Assembly (NCBI GenBank): GCA_964035575.1
Contig: OZ037839.1
Span: 1,798,001-1,862,000 of the forward strand
DNA length: 64,000 nt
Reading direction: 5' to 3'
Origin: Rhynchopus sp. YZ270_cl-10
Taxonomy: Eukaryota
The notes beneath the pieces were generated by a model, which searched no databases, was not told the DNA's origin, and saw nothing but the letters and a program-made list of their open reading frames with translations. Positions 22,962 through 33,244 of the stretch are shown one piece after another. Both the position numbers and the translations under genes were made by a program. Positions within the stretch are counted from its first letter, which is position 1; every line of letters starts with the position of its first letter.

Positions 22962-23516
22962 ATGCAGGTTTCGATACACGCAAAGACTCTGGACGTGACT
23001 GTGGTGGTGGACGTTGGTCCTGAGGAGACCATAGGCGGGCTGACTGCGATGGCGGTGAAGGCGTTGCAGTGCGAAGAGGCGTGCTACCTTTGCTTTGGCG
23101 GGGTTGCGCTGCACGACCGTACGGTGTGTGTACGCGACGTGGGGGCGGAGGCTGGGGATGTGTTTGCTCTGCACTTTTGCGTCGAGCTTCCGGAGTGCAG
23201 GATTGCAGGGAGGTATGAGTGCAGAGACTATGACTCTGGGGGGAAGAACGACTGGCACTACGTCACCATCAGCGACCTTGATGGGCCCACAGCAGACCAC
23301 AAGGCGCGTGCCCTCTGGCGCAACCGTGCACAGGTCCAATGGGAGCTGACCGCAACCGAAAACCCAGACGTCTACGACGTGTCACAGCACTGCCCGTATC
23401 ACAGCTCAGGGCACACAACGCTTGCAGTGACGCGCTGTCCAAGCAGTGGTGCTGTGCAGCACATCGCTGGCCCCTGGGGTGAGCTGTACAAAAGGCAGGA
23501 CGAGTTTTCGGAGTGA
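22962..23516 (+). CDS. Second copy of the small UBL protein (184 aa)
   Basis: Differs from 14606-15160 by one residue (VTAVV vs VTVVV). Confidence 0.8.
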   Translation: MQVSIHAKTLDVTVVVDVGPEETIGGLTAMAVKALQCEEACYLCFGGVALHDRTVCVRDVGAEAGDVFALHFCVELPECRIAGRYECRDYDSGGKNDWHYVTISDLDGPTADHKARALWRNRAQVQWELTATENPDVYDVSQHCPYHSSGHTTLAVTRCPSSGAVQHIAGPWGELYKRQDEFSE

Positions 23517-24381
23517 AAATAATGTCGTTTTTGAGGATTTCGGTCTGTACCCTAGCCCCTCTCAGGATGGCGTTGGGTGCAAATACTGTGTTTTTACTAA
23601 ACCCCCCCCCGGGTCCCCCCCCCCGTATAATATTTACATAAATTTATGTAAATAATACGCGTGTTGTAAATAATAGGCGTCTTTGTAAATAATAGGCGTG
23701 TGTTAATAAGAGGCGTATATCGTAGTTTCCTGAGGGTTACTCCGCTCCACTACAGACAATAAGAAAACAAAGGAAGTATCTGTAAAGCCTATATGTGCCT
23801 CGTTCACACACATTTTTACAAACAAAGGGTACACAAAATAATTTACAATTTTTCATCGTTCACCTACATGCTTGACATTCAATCCCCATACTTTCCATAA
23901 CGCACACCACCAGAAAGCTATTTATATTTTAAAAAATGTCATCAATCGCAATCCCGGACCCTGCCCTTTCGACCATGGAGTACTACGTGGAGTACGATTC
24001 GGAGGCAGAGTCACTTGTTAGTGACGGGGAGGAGGGGGACGCCCAAAAGCTTCGAAACCCACATATTTCCACTGCCGGACCTCACCGGAGGGGACGTGGG
24101 GTGGTTTTCGGCACCTTAGAAGAAAAACTGTGCTCCCGGATCCATTTTTTTGAAAGCGTTACATTCCTAGAGGAAATCTTACTAAAATCTTACTATTTTC
24201 GAAGCCGTTTTTTCGAAAATAAACGCTCAGTTTTGGTTGTTTGGTGTTTCATTAGGCAGAATCGACGAATTTTAGGCCACTTTGGGACCATGTAGACCCA
24301 CCTTGGCGGGTTTTATGACTTTTTTTCAAAAAAATCTTGAAAAAACACGAGCGTTACAGAGGGTCCTTAAGGATTTCCTTA

Positions 24382-24684
24382 CTGGGGGGGGGGCGAATAA
24401 GAGATCAGGGGTGAATAAGAGATCAGGGCCGAATAAGAGATCAGGTTGAGATTTTGGGGGTATTTTTTTTTTTTTTTTTTGCATGCGCCAGGGTTTTATC
24501 TTGAAATTTTTTTTTGAAATTTTACCCTGTCTACCCGGTCTGGCAAAAAAGTGGTCAAAATATTTTTTTTGCCTCCGGCGAAAATGTCTTTTTGCTTTTT
24601 TTCCCCCAAAAATTTTTTTTTATTTCTGGCTCGTCCGTTCGCCTAATAAGAGATGCCACATCTCTTATTCGCCCCCCCCCCCAG
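24382..24684. mobile_element. ~300 bp MITE, copy 1
   Basis: ta|ctggggggggggcgaataagagat ... atctcttattcgccccccccccag|ta; near-identical copy at 29106-29406. Confidence 0.85.
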
Positions 24685-25078
24685 TAAGGGCTGTGCCCCC
24701 TACCCCCCCCCAAAATGAAATACCCCCCTTCTTTATTTATTCGTTGTTTGTTGTTTGTTGATCGCATCCATCCTCGTCCGTACTTCAGGAAAAGCACACA
24801 GCACTTTTGGTGGTATTGAAATGCCCTGTGAAACCGTCCGCACTTTTTTTTTTTTTTTTTTTCAAACCCCAAAAGTCCCGAAAACCCCGAAAAACCCGCG
24901 TCCTGAAGTACGGTGGAGAGGTGGAGCACAAGGGGGGAAGGGGAAAACGGTAAAACTCATGACAATCGACGAGCGCGTCTTTCATTTCCAGACGTATTGC
25001 ATACTCGTACAAAATGAAATACCCCCCTTCTTTATTTATTCGTTGTTTGTTGTTTGTTGATCGCATCCATCAGGACCC

Positions 25079-28000
25079 TTAATAGGGACGCGCAGCGCTC
25101 TCGAAGAGAGAAGTGATCGCCTGTAGCTGCTCATTTGTCTTCGCTTTGTCTCCTCTGGTGAATCGGTCCGCTCTCTGCTGTTTTGTCCCCACGTGAGCGC
25201 ACCTCAGGGTCATCCCGTTCTGCTTTGCCGCCGCAAACATCTCCGACAGAATGGCGTTCGCCGCAAAGTTGCTGCTGTGTCCCCGCTCAATGCAGAAGAC
25301 GGCAGACAAGTTGTCGACCTTCATGTGTACAGTGCATGCGCTGGTGTATTTTGCCGCCAATAGCACAGACTTAGCTGCCGCATACAGCTCCTTCAAGAAG
25401 ATTGAGGTTTCCTCGTGACCTGCGCCGAACGTTCCCTGCGCAACCTTCTCGTCTTCGTCGTCTTCCAGGATTGCTGCCCACTCTGCTTTTGAAGCGTCTG
25501 ACCACACTGTGATTGCTTTGGTGGGGGGTTGTAGGATCCAGCTGTTTGTCGTCATCAATGATATCCGCTTTCGCACTTCAAAAATCACACTGGGAGGTAC
25601 TTCGACATGTATGTCCCACAAAAGAACGTTCTGTAGTGTCTTCGAAGCCAGGTTTTGCACGAAGGTGATGGCTGCTGGTAAAGTGCACAGTGGTGTGTGT
25701 GTTGTGTACGAATGCCACACTATGCATCCAAAAACTACGTAGAACTGGCGTGGTGTCAGCTTCCCGGTGCGCAGCGCGGCCAGTTCATCCTTCTGCACAA
25801 ACTTTTCGAGCCATGCCGGTTCGGATCGAAATGTGTGTTTCTCCAAGTTAAATTCCACTCCGAATACGCAGAACTGTTGTGTAGGGGTACCGTACGTCGG
25901 ATCGTCCATGTTGAGCTCGACGTTTGCTTTGTCGCATCGTTCGCAGAATGACGAAAATTGTGCCACCGCTTCCTCTCGGGATTGTTGTATGACGATGAAG
26001 TTGTCTATCCAGCAGATACCAAACTCTTCGGGCAGTAGTACACGCGAGCAGCGTTGTGCAATCGCTGGAGCGAACGACCAACCCATCGCCAAGCAATTTA
26101 ACACTGTCCTAGTGAACTGTCCCCGTTCTCCTGCGGTGTTGACACCAAAAAACGGTCGGATGCTTTGGTCTACTTCGATTTGGTAGAACCAACTTCTAGC
26201 GTCGGACAGAACGACCCAATTGCTGTTCACTATTCTGTGGATAACAGCCGTGATGTGCGGCAGTCTCATCTGCGGTGGCGGACCCATCGACCTGTTCAGC
26301 TTTCTGCCATCCACCACGAATCGTAAACCCCCCGACTTTTTCTCCACAGTGAAGGCATGCAGAATCACTTCTTGGGGTGCAGAAGTTCGCGACAGGACGC
26401 CGAAATCGATGAGGGTATCCAGATGTTGAGCCATGTGACGCGAGGTACCTCTCCTTATCCCTGCTTGCTTGTCCCAACCCTCCTTCAGGTGTGATACGAA
26501 CGTTTCTCTCTTGCGGATGATCTGCAGAATGTCTTCCAGCTCGTTCTCCTTGTCGAGGCTCTCCAGTGTGTCTAAGCAGATGCGTCCTCTCGATATCGCA
26601 GCAATGTAGTCCTGGTCGGTTCCTCCTGCACGCGCCTCGGCGGGAGGACGAATGTTCGTGGCGCTGCTTCGTACACATAGCGAGTTGTCGTACAGGCTCA
26701 GAAGCCCCGCATCCTCAGACGGTGATTGTGAGTCCTCCAATATGGTTTGTATGAAAGTTTGTTCTGAATCTGCAGGTAAATCGTCGGATGGTCCTTCTTT
26801 GTTGTAGACGGGTATAGGGTCGTGGTCGTAACTTCTTGGGTATTTTGGTATTTTTAAAGCCTGCGGGATAGGTGCTTCATGCACGAATTTCAGTCGTTTA
26901 GGTGCAGGGGCTTCGATAGCAGAGTCGTCTGCTCGACCCGTTGCAGACCTCCTTTCGGCAAGTAGCGGATGAGACCTTCCACCGTGTCGTGTCGCGTGAT
27001 CATCTGGATCTGTTCCAACGGTACCCTCTTGTTGTTGAGATGGTGCGCCGCTCCTCGCCTTAGGGAGTGAGGGGTGAGGTTCTGATTTACTCTTTTCAAC
27101 GATTTGCCTATTGTCCTGTAAGAGAGGTCTTTGAATAGTCGGTCGGAGCCCTTCGATTTTTTCATCTGACCCTTTAAAGCTTTCAACATCGACGGAGCCA
27201 TATCCATTCCTGTGTGTTTCCCGAGGCGGAAAGGGTCTGACTTCGTGTCGACCCAGTGGACCCCAATCTGTGTAGTATGGTCGTTCATCGAAATTTCTTC
27301 TGCTTTGAGGCCCAACACGTCTGAGCATCGTGCTGCCCCTTGCCACATCATCGTCAACGCCAGCTTCAGCGATGGGTTTTTGGCTAAAGATATAGCCTTG
27401 CGTATCTCCTCTGTTGTCGCCGGAGGTGCTTGGGTCGTCGGCTTCAGCGCTCCCAATCTCCTCAGTGCCCGTTGGTAGTCGGCCAACAGTTGCGAACCTT
27501 CGGTTTTCGTATTCGTCATTCGTTTCAGCGCTGCCGACGCTACGATTGAGGTTTGTAACGCTGCTGATGGAAGCATGTTTTCCATTGTTCGCTTCTTCTC
27601 TAACCACAGAATGATCGCCTCGTCGTACCCTAACTCTGTCTTCATGTGTTGCTCCCAATTTGTTTTGAACTCGTTCAGACGGCGCCACACGCTTCGCAGC
27701 TCCCCCATGTACGACCCCGATAACGCCTGTGACAGAGTGTGCTGCGCCTTCGCCATGACCAGTCGAGCTTGTTCTGCGGTGAGTGGCATTTCCTTCTGTC
27801 GTGGACGTCCGAGGTGCGAAGGAGGTCTTTCTACCAGCAAAGCGCTCAGGCTGAGGTTCTGCAGGGGCGGCGCGGCCCCTGAATTGTCTCCTCGTTTGTT
27901 GGCTGATGGCTTCACTTTTGTCTCCTTTATTGTCGGCAAACAGTCGCGAATTGTCTCCTCGTTTGTCGTATTTAGAATTGTCTCCTCTTTTGTTGTGTTC

Positions 28001-28762
28001 TTTGTCGCCAAGATACGTCTGTGAATTGTCTCCTCGTTTGCCATTTTTAATGTCCTCTGAATTGTCTCCTTTTTTGTTTTGTTCTCTGTTGTCCTGATAG
28101 GCCCGTGAATTGTCTCCTCGTTTGTCGCATTTTGAATTGTCTCCTCTCTTGTTATGTTCTTTGTCGCCCTGGTTTGTCTGCGAATTGTCTCCTCGTTTGT
28201 CGTATTTAGAATTGTCTCCTCTTTTGTTGTGTTCTTTGTCGCCAAGATACGTCTGTGAATTGTCTCCTCGTTTGCCATTTTTAATGTCCTCTGAATTGTC
28301 TCCTTTTTTGTTTTGTTCTCTGTTGTCCTGATAGGCCCGTGAATTGTCTCCTCGTTTGTCGCATTTTGAATTGTCTCCTCTCTTGTTATGTTCTTTGTCG
28401 CCCTGGTTTGTCTGTGAATTGTCTCCCTGTTTGTCGTCTTTAAATTTATTTGAATTGTCTCCTCTTTTGTTTTGTTCTTTGTCGCCAAGATACGTCTGTG
28501 AATTGTCTCCTCGTTTGCCAATTTTAATTTCCTCTGAATTGTCTCCTTTTTTGTTTTGTTCTCTGTTGTCCTGATAGGCCCGTGAATTGTCTCCTCGTTT
28601 GTTTTTTTTTTTCAAACCCCAAAAGTCCCGAAAACCCCGAAAAACCCGCGTCCTGAAGTACGGTGGAGAGGTGGAGCACAAGGGGGGAAGGGGAAAACGG
28701 TAAAACTCATGACAATCGACGAGCGCGTCTTTCATTTCCAGACGTATTGCATACTCGTACAA
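25079..28762 (-). CDS. Reverse transcriptase / RNase H ORF; true start uncertain, domains lie within ~25079-26500
   Basis: FTVEKKSGGLRFVVDGRKLN, SDARSWFYQI, LAMGWSFAP, WIDN; RNase H motifs WSDAS, LKELYA, VDNLSAV, RADRFTR. Confidence 0.85.
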   Translation of the reverse strand: MYEYAIRLEMKDALVDCHEFYRFPLPPLCSTSPPYFRTRVFRGFRDFWGLKKKNKRGDNSRAYQDNREQNKKGDNSEEIKIGKRGDNSQTYLGDKEQNKRGDNSNKFKDDKQGDNSQTNQGDKEHNKRGDNSKCDKRGDNSRAYQDNREQNKKGDNSEDIKNGKRGDNSQTYLGDKEHNKRGDNSKYDKRGDNSQTNQGDKEHNKRGDNSKCDKRGDNSRAYQDNREQNKKGDNSEDIKNGKRGDNSQTYLGDKEHNKRGDNSKYDKRGDNSRLFADNKGDKSEAISQQTRRQFRGRAAPAEPQPERFAGRKTSFAPRTSTTEGNATHRRTSSTGHGEGAAHSVTGVIGVVHGGAAKRVAPSERVQNKLGATHEDRVRVRRGDHSVVREEANNGKHASISSVTNLNRSVGSAETNDEYENRRFATVGRLPTGTEEIGSAEADDPSTSGDNRGDTQGYIFSQKPIAEAGVDDDVARGSTMLRRVGPQSRRNFDERPYYTDWGPLGRHEVRPFPPRETHRNGYGSVDVESFKGSDEKIEGLRPTIQRPLLQDNRQIVEKSKSEPHPSLPKARSGAPSQQQEGTVGTDPDDHATRHGGRSHPLLAERRSATGRADDSAIEAPAPKRLKFVHEAPIPQALKIPKYPRSYDHDPIPVYNKEGPSDDLPADSEQTFIQTILEDSQSPSEDAGLLSLYDNSLCVRSSATNIRPPAEARAGGTDQDYIAAISRGRICLDTLESLDKENELEDILQIIRKRETFVSHLKEGWDKQAGIRRGTSRHMAQHLDTLIDFGVLSRTSAPQEVILHAFTVEKKSGGLRFVVDGRKLNRSMGPPPQMRLPHITAVIHRIVNSNWVVLSDARSWFYQIEVDQSIRPFFGVNTAGERGQFTRTVLNCLAMGWSFAPAIAQRCSRVLLPEEFGICWIDNFIVIQQSREEAVAQFSSFCERCDKANVELNMDDPTYGTPTQQFCVFGVEFNLEKHTFRSEPAWLEKFVQKDELAALRTGKLTPRQFYVVFGCIVWHSYTTHTPLCTLPAAITFVQNLASKTLQNVLLWDIHVEVPPSVIFEVRKRISLMTTNSWILQPPTKAITVWSDASKAEWAAILEDDEDEKVAQGTFGAGHEETSIFLKELYAAAKSVLLAAKYTSACTVHMKVDNLSAVFCIERGHSSNFAANAILSEMFAAAKQNGMTLRCAHVGTKQQRADRFTRGDKAKTNEQLQAITSLFESAARPY
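26890..27789 (-). CDS. Tyrosine recombinase; frame stays open upstream to 28521 and overlaps the RT ORF in another frame
   Basis: Catalytic set visible: AARCSD (R), TKSD (K), HSLRRG (HxxR), TRH (H), LIRY (Y). Confidence 0.9.
   Translation of the reverse strand: MPLTAEQARLVMAKAQHTLSQALSGSYMGELRSVWRRLNEFKTNWEQHMKTELGYDEAIILWLEKKRTMENMLPSAALQTSIVASAALKRMTNTKTEGSQLLADYQRALRRLGALKPTTQAPPATTEEIRKAISLAKNPSLKLALTMMWQGAARCSDVLGLKAEEISMNDHTTQIGVHWVDTKSDPFRLGKHTGMDMAPSMLKALKGQMKKSKGSDRLFKDLSYRTIGKSLKRVNQNLTPHSLRRGAAHHLNNKRVPLEQIQMITRHDTVEGLIRYLPKGGLQRVEQTTLLSKPLHLND
27881..28600 (-). repeat. Array of 18 ggagacaattc-core units with a 234 bp higher-order period
   Basis: gaattgtctcc recurs at 27, 36 or 48 nt spacing; the sequence starting at 27948 recurs at 28182. 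Confidence 0.9.
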
Positions 28763-29105
28763 AAAAAAAAAAATCCAAAAAAAAAAAATAATGTAAATAA
28801 TACGCGTGTGTTACTGGGGGGGGGGCTAATACAAGAGGTATGCCTAATACAAGAGGTACTTTGAAATCGGGATTTTCACGATTTTTTACCGGCTAATACA
28901 AGAGGTACTTTATTCTTTCCTTTATTTGACTTGATCACTTTTTTTCAAAAAAATAAATCGATGGTGTCAAATGAAAGGTTTGCCAAAAATCTTTCAATTG
29001 CGGCCAGGTACGATCAAAAAGTTGAAAATTTTCCCGTGTTACTGGTTGGCGAGAGTAAAAATCCCAGGGCGTTCGCCCCGGGGCGAAAAATATTTTTTTT
29101 CGTTA

Positions 29106-29406
29106 CTGGGGGGGGGCGAATAAGAGATCAGGGGTGAATAAGAGATCAGGGCCGAATAAGAGATCAGGTTGAGATTTTGGGGGTATTTTTTTTTTTTTTT
29201 TTTTGCATGCAACAGGGTTTTATCTTGAAAAAACATTTTGAAATTTTACCCTGTCTACCCGGTCTGGCAAAAAAGTGGTCAAAAAAATATTTTTGCCTCC
29301 GGCGAAAATGTCTTTTTGCTTTTTTCCCCCCAAAAAAAATTTTTTATTTTTGGCTCGTCCGTTCGCCTAATAAGAGATGCCACATCTCTTATTCGCCCCC
29401 CCCCAG
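29106..29406. mobile_element. ~300 bp MITE, copy 2
   Basis: Same TIRs and body as 24382-24684. Confidence 0.85.
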
Positions 29407-30708
29407 TAAAAAAATCTTTTCCTGAAAAAATGACATTTTATTTCGCCCCAGGGCTTCGCCCCACCGGGGCGAAACCCTGTATAAATAAATAAATAAATAA
29501 AAAAAGGGGGGGGAAAAAAAAAAAGAGAGAGATTTCTCCCCACCACCCTGTAGACCCCCCCCGGAGGGGGGGTCGCAGAGGGGTGTCCACTGTACTCAAA
29601 ATCATCCGCAAACCCGCCTGCCGTGAGAGGAAGTTTCCCCAGCACTCCCGCTCGCTCCTCAATCCTGCAGTCTGCTGAAGGTGTACCGTACCCCCTGTTA
29701 TAGAAGGTGTCACTGCTCGTGTCAACTCTACCTTCAACGGCAGAGAGTTGAAAATAATCAAAATAAGGATGAAGTCTCATATGACAGATGCCTCTCTCTT
29801 GTACATCTGTTTGATTAAACAACACAAAGAGACCCTCAGTGAGGGGGGATAGAGACCCTCAGTGAGGGGGGATTGATGAAATTCTCCATCGTTTTGCTGG
29901 TTTTAGTATCAGGAAAGTTCAGCTGTAATATCACTTGTGCTGGGGAAGGGATCACGCGCAAATCGCAAAATTTTTTTGACCATTCAGTACCAGGGATTCA
30001 CCCCACGAACTAACTTCTCTCCGGCGGGAAAATTTTTTTTGACCTATTTTAAGCACTAGTAAAAAAACGAAAATTTCGGGGTTTTTGGCATTTCGCCACG
30101 ATCAGGAAAAAACGATGGCGATAGCGAACGCCCTGAAAAATCCAGAAAAAAAATTAGCAAAAATTCAGGAAAAAAAAGCTAATACAAGAGGTACCTCTTG
30201 TATTAGACTTCCACCTAAAAAAAATTTTTTTAGGCGTAAATTCTTACGCCTACTGGGGGGGAGCTATTAAAGTATACGTATACTTTATTCGGCGGGAATT
30301 ACTGTTTAAATGGCCAAAAAACGAAAATGGGGTGATCTGGGGACTTTTTTTTCCAGATTATTCACCAGCCATTCACAAAAATTCACAACGAGGCGAAAAC
30401 ACACGTGATACACCATGTGTGGGATCTTTTGTGAATGAATGTGAATTTTTGTGAATTTTTGTGAATTTTTGTGAATGAATGTGAAGGTTTTGTGCAGGTG
30501 TTGTGAATTTATGTGAATTTTTGTGAATTTTTGTGAATTTTTGTGAACTTTTGTGAATTTATGTGAATCGCTAGTGCAGGTTTTGTGAATTTTTGTGAAT
30601 TTTTGTGAATGAATGTGAAGGTTTTGTGCAGGTGTTGTGAATTTATGTGAATTTTTGTGAATTTTTGTGAATCGCTAGTGCAGGTTTTGTGATTTTTTTG
30701 GGTTTGCA

Positions 30709-31028
30709 GTACTGTACTGTACTGTACTGTACTGTACTGTACTGTACTGTACTGTACTGTACTGTACTGTACTGTACTGTACTGTACTGTACTGTACTGT
30801 ACTGTACTGTACTGTACTGTACTGTACTGTACTGTACTGTACTGTACTGTACTGTACTGTACTGTACTGTACTGTACTGTACTGTACTGTACTGTACTGT
30901 ACTGTACTGTACTGTACTGTACTGTACTGTACTGTACTGTACTGTACTGTACTGTACTGTACTGTACTGTACTGTACTGTACTGTACTGTACTGTACTGT
31001 ACTGTACTGTACTGTACTGTACTGTACT
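30709..31028. repeat. (GTACT)n microsatellite, ~64 units
   Basis: Perfect 5-mer array. Confidence 0.98.
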
Positions 31029-31036
31029 CCCAAAAC

Positions 31037-31279
31037 CTGTGTATACTGTGTATACTGTGTATACTGTGTATACTGTGTATACTGTGTATACTGTGTATAC
31101 TGTGTATACTGTGTATACTGTGTATACTGTGTATACTGTGTATACTGTGTATACTGTGTATACTGTGTATACTGTGTATACTGTGTATACTGTGTATACT
31201 GTGTATACTGTGTATACTGTGTATACTGTGTATACTGTGTATACTGTGTATACTGTGTATACTGTGTATACTGTATACT
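31037..31279. repeat. (CTGTGTATA)n, ~27 units
   Basis: Near-perfect 9-mer array. Confidence 0.98.
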
Positions 31280-33244
31280 GCGGAAATTGACCAAAAACGA
31301 GAACTTGTCCATTTCGGCGAATTGACCCCACCACTGGCCGGGCGGATTCCGGAAATGCAAATGCCGTCGTTTAAACTGGTAGAAACACGGGTAATCGGTT
31401 ATGCACCACACCAAAAACCAAAAAAAAATCACAAAAAATCACGAAAATTCACCAAAATTCACAACGAGGCGGAAACACGCGTGATACGCGGGTGTGTGGG
31501 TTTTTGTGAATATTTGTGAATATTTGTGAATATTTGTGAATTTTTGTGAATCGCTAGTGAATAATCTGGAAAAAAAAGTCCCCAGATCACCCCAGAAAAA
31601 GGAAAAAAAAAAAAAAATCACTGTTATTTCGGGGTTTCTTAGTGGCCGAAACCTCGCGAAAACACCACCATTGACATTTTTGGGCCAATCCCAGCCAGTG
31701 GTGGGGTCAATGTGGAAAAATGAACAATTTTTTGGTGACTTAAATTTTCACAAATCTGAACCATCAGGCACCAATCGTGTAAAAACTGACACACGCGTTT
31801 TAGGTCAAAAATGCACGTTTCTCAGCTCAAAGTGAGCCCATCACAGCACGCACAGAATCCGGACCACCGAAATCAAAAAAAAAATTTTTCGATTTTTTGT
31901 GCAAAAATTGGTGGAAATTTTTTTTAGTAAGAAAAATGTACACAAAAACCGTATACTTTATTTCACAGATTTCCACGCTCAAAATGGGTTTCCGCGCCGA
32001 AAACTTTATTACCCCCGTATACTTTAATAGCCCCCCCCCAGTAATAGAAGAGGTACCTCTTGTATTAGCCCCCCCCCAGTAATAATACACGTGAAAGTGG
32101 CCTTTTTGTAAATAATATGCGTATGTAAATATTATACGGGGGGGGGGGTTTATAAACAAACACTTTCCGTCCACAGTAACCATGCACCAGGCAATAGGCA
32201 GGGTGCATTCATGAAGGAGTCTTGTGTTAGTCGTACTGTTCTGGGTGTGATACATGTTTTAACACCAGTGCCTGCGTGGGCCGATGAACGGTGAGGCCTG
32301 GTTGTACCTTGAACGTCTGATGAAGTACGATTTCAAACTGACTGAGTAAATATAGAACCACAAACCGTGTGTATTTTTCTCTGTGTCTTGTTTTCCTTGT
32401 CCAGTATTTTCTTTCCCTCCCACCATTGTTGTGACATTGTGTTTGTGCCCAACCCCGGCCCCCTTTTGTTTTCGCAACCTACCCTACAATGGCCCTGGCT
32501 CCTTCTGATGAGTGCGGTCAGATACTCAAAATCGTTAAAGCAATCTGTTTCTCCTTCATCTTTTGCAAACAGCAACGCAAACATGCCCCCTTTTTTTGAG
32601 TAGAGTACTGGACACTCTGCTTTGGGTGTTTTTGTTTTGTGTGTTCTGTGTTGTTTTGCAGTGCCTGCGTCCGATGAACGGTGAGGCGTTTGCACTTTTG
32701 AACGTCTCTTTTGCACTCTGTTCAGCACTCTCTCTTCGATGCATGAATACAACATCAGTGTGTACTTTGTGTTCCCACTTAGAGTTCTCGTGATCCATGG
32801 GTTCGACAGTGCACTTTAGGTTCCTTCGGAGGCAGCGAAGTGTGCTTGTGTGTGGAGAAGCCAACTTTGCCCCCTTTCAAGCATGGTTAGGTTCGTCTTC
32901 AAATTATTTGCCATTTCTCTCTTTTCACAACCGTCAAGTGAAACTAAAAAGAAAGCTATTTTGTTGTATCTTGCCTCCCTCCTCCTCCTTCTCAACACCA
33001 CCCCAAAACAGAGCAGCACTTCACTCGAAACAATGGAACTGTGTGTGCAGGGATATGATGATGACACCAAATTCGTGATTGAGGTAGGTGAGAAGGACAC
33101 AACGGAGACGATGCGGCAGAAGGTGGCGTCTGCAACAGGGTTGTGCGAAGACAGCTTCCGCATGGGCTTCGGAGGGAAGGAGGAAGGAGAGGACATCACA
33201 GAACTGAGTGCTGGAGACACAGTCGTGTTGACGAAAACTACTAA

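Larger units (their letters stand above)
24711..28764 (-). mobile_element. Tyrosine-recombinase retrotransposon with split direct repeats A1-coding-B1-A2-B2
   Basis: A1 28602-28764 = A2 ~24852-25014; B1 25010-25071 = B2 24711-24772; encodes YR, RT and RNase H. Confidence 0.9.
30329..31593. mobile_element. Innermost element with ~37 bp TIRs carrying satellites
   Basis: ggggtgatctggggacttttttttccagattattcac ... gtgaataatctggaaaaaaaagtccccagatcacccc; internal degenerate ttttgtgaa repeats. Confidence 0.75.
30253..32041. mobile_element. Nested TIR element
   Basis: ta|ctgggggggagctattaaagtatacg ... cgtatactttaatagcccccccccag|ta. Confidence 0.8.
28814..32079. mobile_element. Nested non-autonomous TIR element
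   Basis: ta|ctgggggggggctaatacaagaggta ... tacctcttgtattagcccccccccag|ta. Confidence 0.8.
23600..32150. mobile_element. Composite 8.5 kb insertion bounded by TIRs, containing nested elements
   Basis: Flanks are contiguous at 15225-15265; ends ta|aacccc...cccccgtataatatttacata and tatgtaaatattatacggggg...ggtt|ta are inverted. Confidence 0.8.

Noticed and set aside
27881..28600. CRISPR-like array
   Set aside because: The core is only ~11 bp, the spacers themselves repeat, there are no cas genes, and the context is a eukaryotic retroelement.
30509..31519. Long ORFs of QYT/VQYST repeats
   Set aside because: Artefacts of stop-free satellites.
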